Below, piece by piece: positions 1 to 11,808 of a stretch of 64,000 nucleotides of DNA. The DNA is taken from positions 16,926,001 through 16,990,000 of the forward strand of contig OZ365118.1 in the NCBI GenBank assembly GCA_977030845.1. Direction: 5' to 3'. Numbering within the stretch: position 1 is the stretch's first letter; each line of letters begins with the position of its first letter. The stretch is from Fimbriosthenelais zetlandica. Taxonomy: Eukaryota. A program made the translations under genes and the position numbers. The notes below the pieces were generated by a model that was not told the origin of the DNA, searched no databases, and was given only the letters and a program-made list of their open reading frames with translations.

Positions 1-1642
1 GTTTTTTTTACTGCCCAGGAAAGTGTCCTAGCGTTTTTAACTGTCCATACAGCCTTCCCTGACATGGTTTTACCTTGTCCATTGTTATGAGCTAGAATTA
101 TGAAGGATTGAGCCTTGCTTGGCTATATGTATGCCCTTGCCAAAAAGATCAATAATGAAATAATGAATTGTGTTTTTACACCATGCCAAACTGATCCAAC
201 TCGATACCTGAATAATCTAGAATAATAAAGTAATGATATTTTAATTATGAGATTTAAAGTTTCTCTTGCAAAGCACAGCACTGCTTGTCGTCAGTCCAGC
301 ATTTCCATCAGGCTGATCCAGTCTGCAGGCCCGTCCCTCAGAGTCGGTGTTATTTCAGCCACCTAAATCTTGATGAGTTATTTTAGAAGCATCGACAGAA
401 AGAAGATTCTGTGCCATGCTCCAGCACCCAATCCTCCAAGCTCCAGCTTCAGTTGGCCACCCCCGCTCACCCAGCCCGGCTTGTGTCTCTGAGAATAGAA
501 ACTCTAGACAAGTGGGGGTCCTCACCGATGGAAAGATCATAATGAATCCAAACCTTGATCCCACCTCATTTTTACCTATACCAAATGACAACAAAGGAAT
601 ACTGTGGCAATATTCCCGGCCGGGATATAAATTGCAGGTGACACTCGGATGTCGGGAATATGATGGCAAGCTCCCGAGTCTTTGTACTTTGATTGCAATA
701 CACCATCTGCCTTAACTTCAGAGGCTGATAGAAATACAAGAATACCACACTGTTAAACCTGGCAATATTGTCCCTTCATTTGATATAGAAAAGATTACCT
801 TTCATAAGACAAATTTTCTTTTATAGACAGGGATGAAAGCTTGGTGGTTTTTTAATTGATTAGTAACAGTTCCAAATCTGAACATTTAATGACTCATTTA
901 ACCTAATTCGGAGGTAGAAATGTAACAGTGTATAGGTCCACAGGGCATATGGTTATGCAGGTTGACTGATGCACGCTGATTATAGCATTGCCGCCATTGC
1001 CTTTCTTTGTACAGGGTCCGTTTAGAAAGACTGCAAACTGCTGATAACTTGGCGCTTTGTTCATTTCCATCAAAGAGATTACACATGGGCATTTATAGAA
1101 AAACCTTCCTGCCTTATACATCATACAAGGCCTTTTGATAATGTCAAATACAAAGGAGGAACCATATTGAAAGCCGTCTTCTCTCTATATATACACAGAT
1201 TCCACACTCTTGTGCTAAAACTCTGTAGATTTAAATGTGCCAGGCTAAAGGGCCACTCTTTACAATTCAAAAGTAATGGATTTGACGATGAAGTAGTCTT
1301 CCTGAAAGGTATTTATTTGAGTTGTAAATGTCATATGGAAAACATAAAATGGTGTACCTCTGTGGAAACGACACTTCGCTAGCTCTGCTGCTCTGTGCAG
1401 TTGGCAAGCAGATTTTCCTAGAGAGCATTAGATCAAGTTTAATTGTTCTCTGCAACGTTGAACTATTCCAAAGGGCCCAAAATCTGGACTTAATGTTTTC
1501 TTTTCTTGCTTCAAATTGATCTGAGACAAAGCTGTTCTTACTCAGAACTCTGAAGGGACTGAGCGTCATGCCTGCATACTGTCCCATTTAACATTTATTT
1601 TTTATGTTAAAATTATATTGAATGTTACAAAAATGAAGTTAC

Positions 1643-1783
1643 CTGAACCATGACCACTCTGATATGTTCGCCGCGGAGTGGTTCCTTGGCCGGGGTGGCA
1701 TGCTCCGGCGCCACCTTTTGTACTGTCAGATTCATATGCAGCCTTTTCTGAGCATCCGTCTCTGACGAATTCCAGAATCCGAC
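1643..1783 (-). CDS. iGluR coding exon 9 (VGFWNSS...GEHIRVVMVQ), end of ATD and entry into S1
   Basis: Acceptor catttctcttcgcctcag| and donor CAG|gtaact; 141 nt, phase 0/0. VGxW motif and the terminal beta-strand that precedes the S1 EEP motif, whose exon I could not find in the window. Confidence 0.9.
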
Positions 1784-2460
1784 CTGAGGCGAAGAGAAAT
1801 GACAAAAAGAAAGGTACAAATTGTATCATCCCCCTCCTCAAGACACCACTTTGTAATGTTTAATTAACATTAGCAGGCTTAAATTACTGTAGGTTACATT
1901 AAATGTTGATTCATCTTGTGTAGGAGATATTTCTGGTGGGGGATAGGATACTAAAGGAGGCGGAATACATGTGGAGTTGTGAACGTGTGGTACGTGTTCT
2001 TCTACTTCTATTGTGAAAGGGAGACAGTTGGTGAGCGCTGCAGGCTAGTATATCTTGTGTCTGTACATGTCCTAAAGTTAGAGTCAAATGAGCAATGAGG
2101 CAGTCTCCAATGACAGTGGATGTGGTGACTTTTTGTGTATTTACAAGCATTTCTCTCCTGTGAATCATTATTCATTTCTGTCTATAATGACAGTCAGTAT
2201 TGATTGTCATGTGGTTTTCATTGTTTCGTTTTGTACAGAGATTATCTTAGTTGACATAATCAAATATCGAATAACAGTCTGGTTATTATCATTTTCGGAA
2301 ACCTCTCCGATCCCTTAGATTGATGCCTAAATAAGTAATGAGGTTAAACTTCTGGAGTATAGGCTTATTGACTAATATGGGAACTAAATTTAAGTTCTAG
2401 TTGAGACAGAACCTTTATGAATACAGTTAAATTCACATTGAGTTTGACACATTTTCTCAC

Positions 2461-2565
2461 CTGTTCCAGGCCGTTTTTACCCAGACCGAGGACGTCTACG
2501 ATGTAGCCCCGTCGCCGGCCATCTTGCCGGAACGTAAGCCTACCCGTGGCTCCTATGTCTCCTAT
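2461..2565 (-). CDS. iGluR coding exon 8 (IGDIGATGRLTFRQDGRRRGYIVDVLGLGKNGLEQ)
   Basis: Hallmark GxTGxxxFxxxGxRxxxxxDV motif and donor CAG|gtgaga. The only phase-0 acceptor is a rare GAG, so the start is less certain (see findings). Confidence 0.85.
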
Positions 2566-2978
2566 CTCAACAAGAAGACGGCAACAAGATTGTGTATGTA
2601 TGTGAGTTAAACCTCGAATTCTACTTAAGATACTTTTCCCTTTACTGCATTGTACATATAGGACTATCAAACAGTGCTGAAACGGATTAGGGTACAGATA
2701 CAGTAACCCTAATCAAAGATGGAGGACGGTAGGTCCGTTCCAATTGAATATCTGGGGTTTTTGGAGGATTTATTTGTGTATTTGAAAAGATAGTACTGTC
2801 ATTCATAGCCTAGACATGTATATTAGACTTACAGTTATACTTAGGCAGTTATGGAAGCAAATCCAGTGGCATAACCCCATTAAGAAACAGCCCCGTGGTA
2901 CTGGGAATGGGCCAGGCTTTTAAGAAGATATATATTATAAAATTGAATAGGGTGACTATGACATGTGTGGGTGATTAA

Positions 2979-3024
2979 GGAGAGTAGCAGGGAGAGTGGC
3001 AGGGAGAGTAGCAGGGAGAGTGGC
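2979..3024. repeat. 12-bp tandem repeat x about 3.8 (GGAGAGTRGCAG)
   Basis: Read directly; starts 4 nt into the intron after the exon 7 donor. Confidence 0.9.
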
Positions 3025-3028
3025 GTAC

Positions 3029-3152
3029 CTTCGGTAAAACACTGAGGATGTTACCCTTGCCGCTCCAGTGACAGCTCCGTCTGGACCAGTGATGGAGCTT
3101 GACACCATGGTACAGGGTCAATAGGCTGTCTGTCACAGTGGCAAACTCATAC
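3029..3152 (-). CDS. iGluR coding exon 7 (YEFATVTDSL...SCHW...VLPK)
   Basis: Acceptor accttttgtag| and donor AAG|gtacgc; 124 nt, phase 2/0. Contains the ExAxxxD helix and the conserved loop Cys followed by Trp. Confidence 0.85.
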
Positions 3153-3539
3153 CTACAAAAGGTACAACTAAATGATCGATCTGATATGGGAGATGACAAA
3201 ATCCAATCTATGTAATCACTTCCACGATATATTAATTTTACCAATATTTTAGTTTTCAACCGCAATTTATTACTGCACATGACACTGATTTAATGCGAGT
3301 CCTCACTATTTTCTGTTCCTTGGCAATTTATTCCCGTACATATCACTAGTTTTGATCATGGAAATTAACTGCAACTGTTAGGATATTGACGTGGATAGCC
3401 AAATTTGCCGTATAGCAAATCCAGATCCGTATTATGTCTTTGCTTGTACATTATCTCAACTATGAAATCTGTGCAGAAATGGCAACAAATGGGAAATTAC
3501 TTTGAGAATAGAATGTTCAGTAAGCAGAAGAAGTATTAC

Positions 3540-3655
3540 CTTGAGAAGCCTGGAGGGATCTGCCTCTCGCCTGTGAAGTCTTTTTCCACCAGTTTAAAAG
3601 TGGTAAAGTTGCCTCTTGTGTAGGTATAAGGCGCAATATCTCTGTCTTCAATAGC
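3540..3655 (-). CDS. iGluR coding exon 6 (AIEDRDIAPYTYTRGNFTTFKLV...GFS-R)
   Basis: Acceptor tttgtcatctttttccag| and donor AAG|gtaata; 116 nt, phase 0/2. YxYxxxNxTxFxL motif. Not in the ORF track. Confidence 0.88.
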
Positions 3656-4919
3656 CTGGAAAAAGATGACAAAAACCGAAGATCAGAAAACTTCAATCAA
3701 AGAGCTAGAATCTGAATTATATTATTCACAATATTTCAAAGATTTTAAACAGGAATATTTTACACCTGTGAAATCTGATGTTACATTAAAAGCCATCAAA
3801 GAAGGCCGAAAGAAGTGAATCAATTTGAATATTCAAAACGGTATTACAATAAAACTGTTTCGATTCACGACATCTTTTAAGTCTCTCTGAAATGTCACAT
3901 TTCCAGAATGATGAATAATTTCAACGGATGAACAAGTTTTTCATTTTGACATTTCAAAGTTGTTCAACTTCTGAGACGGTTTTGTTTCACCGTGATCAGT
4001 GAATTTTTGCCAAGTATTTGAAATACCGTCAGTGACCGTGAAGATATTTCAATTAGAAAAGTTGTATTGATCCTTCGTTTAAGTACTACAATATTTACTC
4101 AATGTTCTCACTCAAAATCAGCATTATTGTGATTTTGCTTTGATTAGACTGCTGGGGTCACTAACTTCACCTAGACTTGTGAAGACTACAACAAGTATAC
4201 AAGAGACTATACAAGTCGCCCAAACATGTATTTATTGCCCATCCTCTGCCATATAATCCCTGCTCAAATACTTTCCATCTTGCGCAGGAGTTTCAGCTAG
4301 TGACTTTTGACACAGGCAGATAGCGATTGACCTTGCAGAGGAGTTACATTCATGAATCTATCCCATCCTGACTTAGCCATAAAAGTGATGCATAAAATAT
4401 TAAGTGAAATCTAAGGCCAGCCTGCGCCTATAACATCCATAAAAGAGATGCGAGATAAACCGATAATGGCAAAGCTGGGCAAAAAGCTGAGGCATTGAAA
4501 AAGGTCAGGATGGTAGAGGATTATTATAATTGAGCTAGCTCTAGCTCTCTTCATGTCTGACTCTGCGATGTTCTTGATTTAATTTACTGTCGCTGTTTAG
4601 TTGCTGAACATACAGATAAAAAGTAAAATGTGAAGACAAGATCCTGATAGTCTATTATCCGTCAGATTCTCATCCTCATCTGAGGTAGGCGTCTGGAAAC
4701 ACTGTTATGTTTAGCCTTGTTTAATAGCAGTTTATAATATTTAGATACTGAGTTTTGATACAGGGCCACTGTGGCCTTATTTTGGATGACGGGCCTTAGC
4801 AAATTAGTTGTGTAGGCCTATTTAAGCTGTAGCAAGGGACACTAGATGACTGTTTAGTTGAGAAGTGGATATGCAGAACCGTCCATGGTAGAAATATGTA
4901 GTTTTAAGTGATAGGACTG

Positions 4920-4972
4920 CACTGCAGTGATAGCGAACTGCCACTGCAGTGATAGTCAACTGACACTGCAGT
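4920..4972. repeat. 22-bp tandem repeat x about 2.4 containing the palindrome CACTGCAGTG
   Basis: Units at 4920, 4942 and a partial unit at 4964. Confidence 0.8.
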
Positions 4973-7769
4973 TCTAGGCAAGAAAGAGTGGAGTTTGAGC
5001 CTGGAGTCAGTTAGGGGAGCCCATCCGGCCATCAACATCTCCTTCTGGAATGTTAGAAAGGCAATGATGTAAGTGTAGAGCAGCAAAGGGCAGGCATGTA
5101 TTCTCTACCAGTAACCCGACACCACCATTGCCTCTGTCCTAACCACGGGGGCAAAATACGAGAGAATTATACAAGTCATATCGCTGAAATCCCTTCAGCA
5201 TAAGTCACCGCAATGCCAGGGTAAAAAGGGCAAGGATTTGTCTTGTAAATGTCCCATTCTGAATTGGATGTTTCGTAGTGCTATTTGGAGGGTGCATATG
5301 ACTTGATGGCTCGTGGGATAGATGTACCTGGTATGGTACTGAATATCAAGTAATCTAAGATGGCAGTGTCGGCTTGAAGATTCCAGATTCACTTGCTGCT
5401 TGTGGAGACATCACAGATGTCCAATATTGAATCAGTTTATGGGTCTATTGACACTTTTAAGCTCTGGCGTTTAATGCATTGTTCTAAGATTATGACACGA
5501 TTGTCATAGGGCAAATCCACTGTGGTGATACATTTCTGAGCATTCCAAGTTGTTTTATCCACCAATTTCAGACTGATTTATGGCTGATTTTCCTTGTAAT
5601 CTGGAGGTTCGCTTGGTTGGAGCGTATAGCTCGATGGCTTCCTCAGTTTCTATTAACTAATCAACCATCAGGCCCTCGTGAAATGAACATAAGCCTAGCA
5701 TCTGCCAGGTTCTTTTCCCTCCTAACTTCTGACTCATTAGGGGAGGAGCAATTTCCTCCTGGATGGAACTCCTGGCTTCCCTGATTATATAAAGAATAAA
5801 CAGCTAGACTAGCTGACGCCCATTTCCCCGAGTCTCAACATCCCTTAGTTAAAGGCAGGAGCAGGCTTAGGAAAAGCAATTACCTCCTGTGCTAAAAGGG
5901 GGAGGGGTTGGATGGGATATTTAGTCAACCCGGCAATAATTAACACTAGGCTCTGTCTTAAATCAAAGGGGTATGTATAGTAGAAGGCTGATAGTATATA
6001 TTCCCCGTACATATGAACGAAATTAGCTGGAAGTAAAGTGGGAAGTTGCGAGAGCTGTATGAATTACAACCTGTATTGCAGCTTTTCAAGCTTTAAGTTA
6101 TTGTAGTGGCGTCTAACAACAACATTGAATGGTAGAGTCTTATGTTCTATTTTAATGGAACCATAGACTACCCTTGTACAATACATTACAGTCTGTATAA
6201 TCGATATATACGCCAGACTGATGTGACGTGGAATGTATTATGACACTAAAACTGAAATCTATTTGACACTCTGGATAATAACTGACAATAAATATTGAAT
6301 TTGAATGCCAAGTATCAGATTTTAAAAACTAAAGGACTGAAATGAGGCTGTGGAAATATTACCTACAAAAACTGGTCCTTTAAAACTTCCAGACAGCATC
6401 ACTTGCACGTTTTTGCATTTATATTCCAATTCCCTCAATTGAAAAGGCACATGCAAGATGAAAATTGAATTGCCAGGAAATCACGGCAGCCGATTGATTG
6501 TCTGCCAACAAATTTACAAAGCCAATATCGCAAGAATAAACATAATGGTGTGAAAGCAAACGTGGGCTGCCTCAGAGATTGGGCGCGGCTGGCTCAGCCT
6601 AATCTGCTGGAACATGGGTTTACCATCACGATACAGAGAATGCCTTTAATTGGGTTGCCACATCATGTACACTGAGCATGTAGACCCAGAACAAGCACGG
6701 CAGAGGATTGTCTGCTAATCAAAGCCCACAGGCCTGTATGATGATGGTCGAAATACCGCAGCCACAGTCACTGTCATCTAACGCTATGTGCTGTCACACT
6801 GACAGCAGGTCCCTGATAACTAGGACACATGATTAATCATGGTAAAAAGCCCACATCCAGCTCTCACTGACAGCCACCAGCCAGTCTAGCAGGGCTCCCT
6901 CTATCATTCATTAAACCCATGTCTGCTGTTTTTTCTGAGCGTTTAAAAACAAGCCATCGTCCGGGGCACCACGTTGGGCCTTGCTTCCTTTCAGCTTTTA
7001 TCCTTTCCTCTGTAGCAAGCATTAAAGCGTTGGAACAAAAGCCAGTTTCAAGCTTAAAAATCTTGTCTTTGAATCTTGGAATGATTTGTACCTTTGATTC
7101 TCTATGATGGATGGGCTGTCTGTAAGACATTGTTCACAGCTTCCCTACATACATATAGCCTGCCATTCAATCCTTCCTGGGAAACACTCTAAGCACTTGA
7201 TCTAATTCAAGTGGGTTTTGCAACATGAATCAATAAAATCTTATGGCGTGCGGAGAGCCCTTGAGGAAGGCATGGTCTTATTTCCCGAGCCCCGTAAAAC
7301 CAGAGATGTGAAGTAACTAACCGATAACATATGGTGGAAAGACCCAGCATGAGGCTATGTGCCACATGTTTATAGCCGCAATATAATCAAGCATGTATTC
7401 TGACCTCTGGCTTAGATCGATGTTTTTCATCCAATGCAATCTTCCAGAAGGCACTGGATGTAGGAGATAGGACATGACAAGGTAGATGGCTGCCCGATGT
7501 TGCCACTCGCTAGTGGTTTATTGTCCATGCTCGGGGCAGAGTCACTCGTGAGTCACTCGGGGCTGTGTGTCAAGCATTGAGAGTGTGGCCCAGAGGGACC
7601 AGCTCTTACACCTTGACTTGGGACCTGCAAACACCCGGCCAGTACAGCTGCCATTCTGAGGAGCGCGGCTATTTGAGAAATGCTTTTAATAATAAAGAGG
7701 CGAGGGCCTCTTCTCACCTGGAAGGGCTGCTTCCGACAGCTGGCCACCGAAAGGTGTCCACGGAGATAC

Positions 7770-8180
7770 GTTCAATGGAAAAGAAAGGCGAGGATGAGTG
7801 GTGGGGTTGGGGGTTGGGAGTGGGATGGGGCTGGAGTCTCTTCTTACCTCTTCTGATGGGGTTGGAGTAAGAGTCAAGAGAAAGAGCAGGAAAAGGGGGC
7901 GTGAAATAGTAATGGGAAGGGACAGGGAAGAAAAGACACCAGTACAGGTCTGAGGGAAAGGTTGAGGAAAATGTAGAAGGAAATATGCAGTGGAACCCAA
8001 GGAGGGAGAGATGCAAAGGCCATTAAACGGCGAATGAAAGATGGACTGGTTTAAAGATACAAGACTTGTAGTAAAGTGGTCGGGGAAGATCGTGGCTATG
8101 GACAAGACAGAGAATAGAAACTGAAGGATGAATAAGAGCAGGGTACCCGCGCAAGGAGAAAAGCAGGAGGAAGATATGTG
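7770..8180 (+). repeat. Purine-rich (GA) low-complexity tract with a G-run cluster
   Basis: Strong A/G strand bias, which explains the spurious low-complexity minus-strand ORFs here. Confidence 0.7.
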
Positions 8181-9950
8181 AAAAGCCTGAGTAGATGGCA
8201 CTGATGAATTGGCCATCAATACCCCCAGTGTGTGGTTACACTTTAGTAATATGAGATCCATGCAGACAGGGGCACCAGTGGAAAATGGGATTAGGACATG
8301 GTCGGTGGGGCAGGAGTAACTGGGAGCTGCTCGCGAGCTGGTCTGCTAGATTGGCTGCGTTCTTCACGCCTCTAGGTCTGGTGATTGCCTACCATGGCCT
8401 TGTGACACTGGTCCATGACACAATCGCCTTCTGATCGTAAAACATTTTCATAAAAAATATCCGTACCTCTTCCTGAGTGTTTTAACAAAGGTCTAGACTA
8501 GGATGTTGCTGGGGAAGTGGCAATTAACTTTGTACTCGGAGTACAAGAGAGCTTGTCCTGGGAACACAAGAGTTGATTCACTTTGGAACTTTATCCAGAA
8601 TCATTGAGTGATTTCCCGTCACTTATTGCCCCAACCGAGTGCATTATACCGTCAATGGCTTCTGGGAACTTGCTGCGGGAGAATATATCACAAAAGAATA
8701 TATAGCTCCCTTTTAAAAGGATCAATTATTTCATCAGATCTCGATGATTTGCGAGTGAGGAAATTAGCTGATCCAGAGCCGCATACTATTCTTATTCTAA
8801 AGCAACTGACACCGTAAAACCCAATTTATTACCCTCTCCCATCGCCTTTAACCCCGCCCCTTGGTAAGTCAAGTGAAAACTGTCAATGCCTAGCGGTGAT
8901 CACTCGGGGACCCATTAATTAGACTGCTGGGATCTTTTTATTTCTTCCCCATCAGGGACTCTGGCCACCTTAACACATAATAGCACCGACTATTTACATC
9001 AAACTGGGTCGCTCGAGCGCAGGCGCCTTCTTTATAAATTTACGACCATAGTTTATTCATATAACTACCCAACAACCACCCCCGATAATCCTAATGAATC
9101 AAAATGATCAAATTTAATTTGCAGTCCGCCTCAACAGCTCCTACTCAAGGCCTATTTTCTCTTCACTTTTTATGGAAATCATTTTGTTGCCTTGTTTTCA
9201 CAAGAGGAAGTAAATTTGAGAGCTATGGATTGTACGTGTAGGAGGGGTAGATAGACGCTTGGCAACCCGATCATGATGTGTGCATCCAATTATTGGAAAT
9301 AGTAGGTGTCCATTAAGTGTAATTTAATTACCTCATATAAATCTGCAATGTCCATTAATGTCTAATGGGCCTGAAGAAGGAAGGGCAGGTCATCAATTTC
9401 ATTAAGATTTTTCCCTTGAGTGACTAATATTTCCCCTGTGGAATTGAGATGACTTTAACTGCATTAGCATATCACTTAGGTCTTAGATTTCCCACCTCCA
9501 CATTTCAAAATCCAGCTCCAATAGACCCACTTTATATAGAGCGACTGATAATGTATGTCATTGTCACTCACTTTCCCTTTGTAACGATTTGTAATGTTTT
9601 GTAGTCCCCGTTTTGTCATGAATTGGAAGGCGATTGACCACTGAAAGGGCGCCATCCTCGTTTTACAACTTTGATTTAATCGGGTATAAAAAATTTCAAA
9701 TTTCTAAAGAATCTAAAAGTCACCAGGTGGGTTGCCTTTCAAATGTGAGTGTTGGCAATCAATTCTTTTTGGCAAGAAGCGAATTATGATCTGACTTTGG
9801 CCAGGAGTTGATATGAACTTGAAGACATTCAATAAAATCGACGATTGAATCCTCAACCTGTGAAAGGCATTTTCAGTGGATTTCCTAAGAATTATCTAAG
9901 AAATGAAGGATGAGAAAATGATATGTAAACACAGCCTGAAATCTACTTAC

Positions 9951-10004
9951 CAGGTTTGGAATGACCCACCAATAATAACTGGTCAACATACTGAGATGCA
10001 ATGC
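9951..10004 (-). CDS. iGluR coding exon 5 (ALHLSMLTSYYWWVIPNL)
   Basis: Acceptor ttctcattttcag| and donor CTG|gtaagt; 54 nt, phase 0/0. Resembles the short AxxxxMxxxYYxxxxxxL exon of kainate receptors. Confidence 0.88.
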
Positions 10005-10633
10005 CTGAAAATGAGAAAGAAATTGAGTGAGAATTATTGCAGAGATATAGTTACACTGGACCTCCCATAATTGCTCAAGGAGAGGAGGCCTAAGATGTCT
10101 TATTTGTATCGACATGGGGAAGAAATAAGGTGGAAAGATAGAGACTAATGTGTTTATAGCTCCCTATGGTCGGGCCGTAAATGTGCAAGAAAGATTGACA
10201 TTATCATGTGAAACGGATCAGCCGGCCTCCCACATTCCCCCGTCTGACAACAATACTCCTCACCGCTCACCATTTCCAAAATGGAAATATGGAAAGTGAG
10301 CGCAGAGCCTGACGTGATAGCTTCTAAATATAGAAGAGATGAGAAAGCCCTGACAATCTCATTCCACCTGGACAAGTATAATTTTACAGATTGAGAAAAT
10401 GAAAAATAACCTTGAAAAGAAGATCAATTCAAGGCTAGGTTGTATCATTTGAAACACGATGCTGTCATATTATATTTTTGAACATAATCATTGACAAAAG
10501 AAGTATTATTATAGTCCAGATGCAAATTAATAATATGACAAAATATGAAACCAATTTCTTTACAAAAGACAGTGTCGTCAAAATGTCTCTTTGCAATATT
10601 GTGATTTGAGGCAATATAGCAGTTGGGCCGTAC

Positions 10634-10815
10634 CTGATTCAGGATTCTTGAAGTTAAGGACCGGCTTGTAGAGAGGACAATGTTAGGCACGTCTGTGTCC
10701 CTCAATGTGAGCAAGGCGTCCCTCAACTCCTCATCACTGGCGTTCTGGTTACTTATCTTCCAGGAACGAATCCTCATTGTATTGAAAAGTACCATCTGTT
10801 CTATCAGGTGTGTCC
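10634..10815 (-). CDS. iGluR coding exon 4 (G-THLIEQ...RILNQ)
   Basis: Acceptor tatttgtatttccag| and donor CAG|gtacgg; 182 nt, phase 1/0. LRDALLTLR...NIVL...RILNQ fits the ATD R2 lobe pattern. Confidence 0.88.
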
Positions 10816-11572
10816 CTGGAAATACAAATAATTCACACTTGAGTGGCGTAATCATGATCATGATAAACACATTTTACATGGGCATTATTAGATATACTAA
10901 AGTCTCTACACTCACCCGCGAACAAATGAGCATTGTGGCAAAAAAATTCAAAATCTACACATTGTTTTTTCCAGAAATTCCAAACTCTTAAAATCGCACA
11001 CGTTAATTTTAAATCAGAGTAGAGTAGAGAGAGAGGTGGGTGAAACTGTAGGTGGAGTGGGAGTGAGAGAGAAAGAATGAGCGACGCGGATAAGAGAGGA
11101 TCTGATAGAATTGTAGAAGTGAAGTGAGGAGAGGAAGAGGAGGAGATGAAATCTACCTTCATTTCCTGGCTAGAATTCTAATGAAGCCATCCACTCATAC
11201 TGATCATGCTAGGTGAGGACATCCTAATTGTGTCAGGCTCGCTTTTCACACACTTTATTTTAGGTGTTCATCTTACTTCCCTTCTCAAGAACAGCTAACT
11301 ATAGTAGGATACATTCCCTCAGGTCTTCAGGGCATGAGCCCGCTTTAAAAAGGCATTAAAACCAGGAGATTCTTTCAAGATTTCAATCTCTCTGTCCTCA
11401 AATGGACTCTCCCTTTAGAAACACTTGATAACATAAGAGACTGAGTGTAAAACTGTCGGTTTCGCGGAAGGTTAGTGGACGAAACCCAATATTGCCATTG
11501 GATGCAGATTGGAATGTTTTAGACCTCAGATTTCAGACAATCTGACCTTTAGAGAAATTAGTCTTGAGGTCC

Positions 11573-11808
11573 GTTGTGACCAGTCTTGGGCTCAGTCTTC
11601 TTGTAACTGCTCTGTTGTGACCAGTCTTGAGCTCAGTCTTCTTGTAACTGCTCTGTTGTGACCAGTCTTGAGCTCAGTCTTCTTGTAACTGCTCTGTTGT
11701 GACCAGTCTTGCGCTCAGTCTTCTTGTAACTGCTCTGATGTGACCAGTCTTGGGCTCAGTCTTCTTGTAACTGCTCTGTTGTGACCAGTCTTGAGCTCAG
11801 TCCTCTTG
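11573..11808. repeat. Minisatellite, 41-bp unit x about 5.8 (GTTGTGACCAGTCTTGRGCTCAGTCTTCTTGTAACTGCTCT)
   Basis: Units start at 11573, 11614, 11655, 11696, 11737 and 11778; head-to-tail, few substitutions, no spacers. Confidence 0.95.

Noticed and set aside
2470-2592. Apparent plus-strand exon (ttccag|GCC...|gtatgt)
   Set aside because: It is the antisense reading of iGluR exon 8, which carries the strong family motif.
6183-6224. 42-nt imperfect hairpin as a pre-miRNA
   Set aside because: Too short and AT-rich for a typical precursor, with no other support.
7686-8261. 191-aa minus-strand ORF
   Set aside because: Rich in Leu, Ser, Phe and Pro because the strand is a pyrimidine tract that lacks stops.
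10833-11162. 109-aa Ser/Leu-rich minus-strand ORF
   Set aside because: It is the CT-rich intron sequence upstream of the exon 4 acceptor.
11573-11808. Regular 41-bp repeats as a CRISPR array
   Set aside because: Units are head-to-tail with no unique spacers, there are no cas genes, and the context is a eukaryotic intron.
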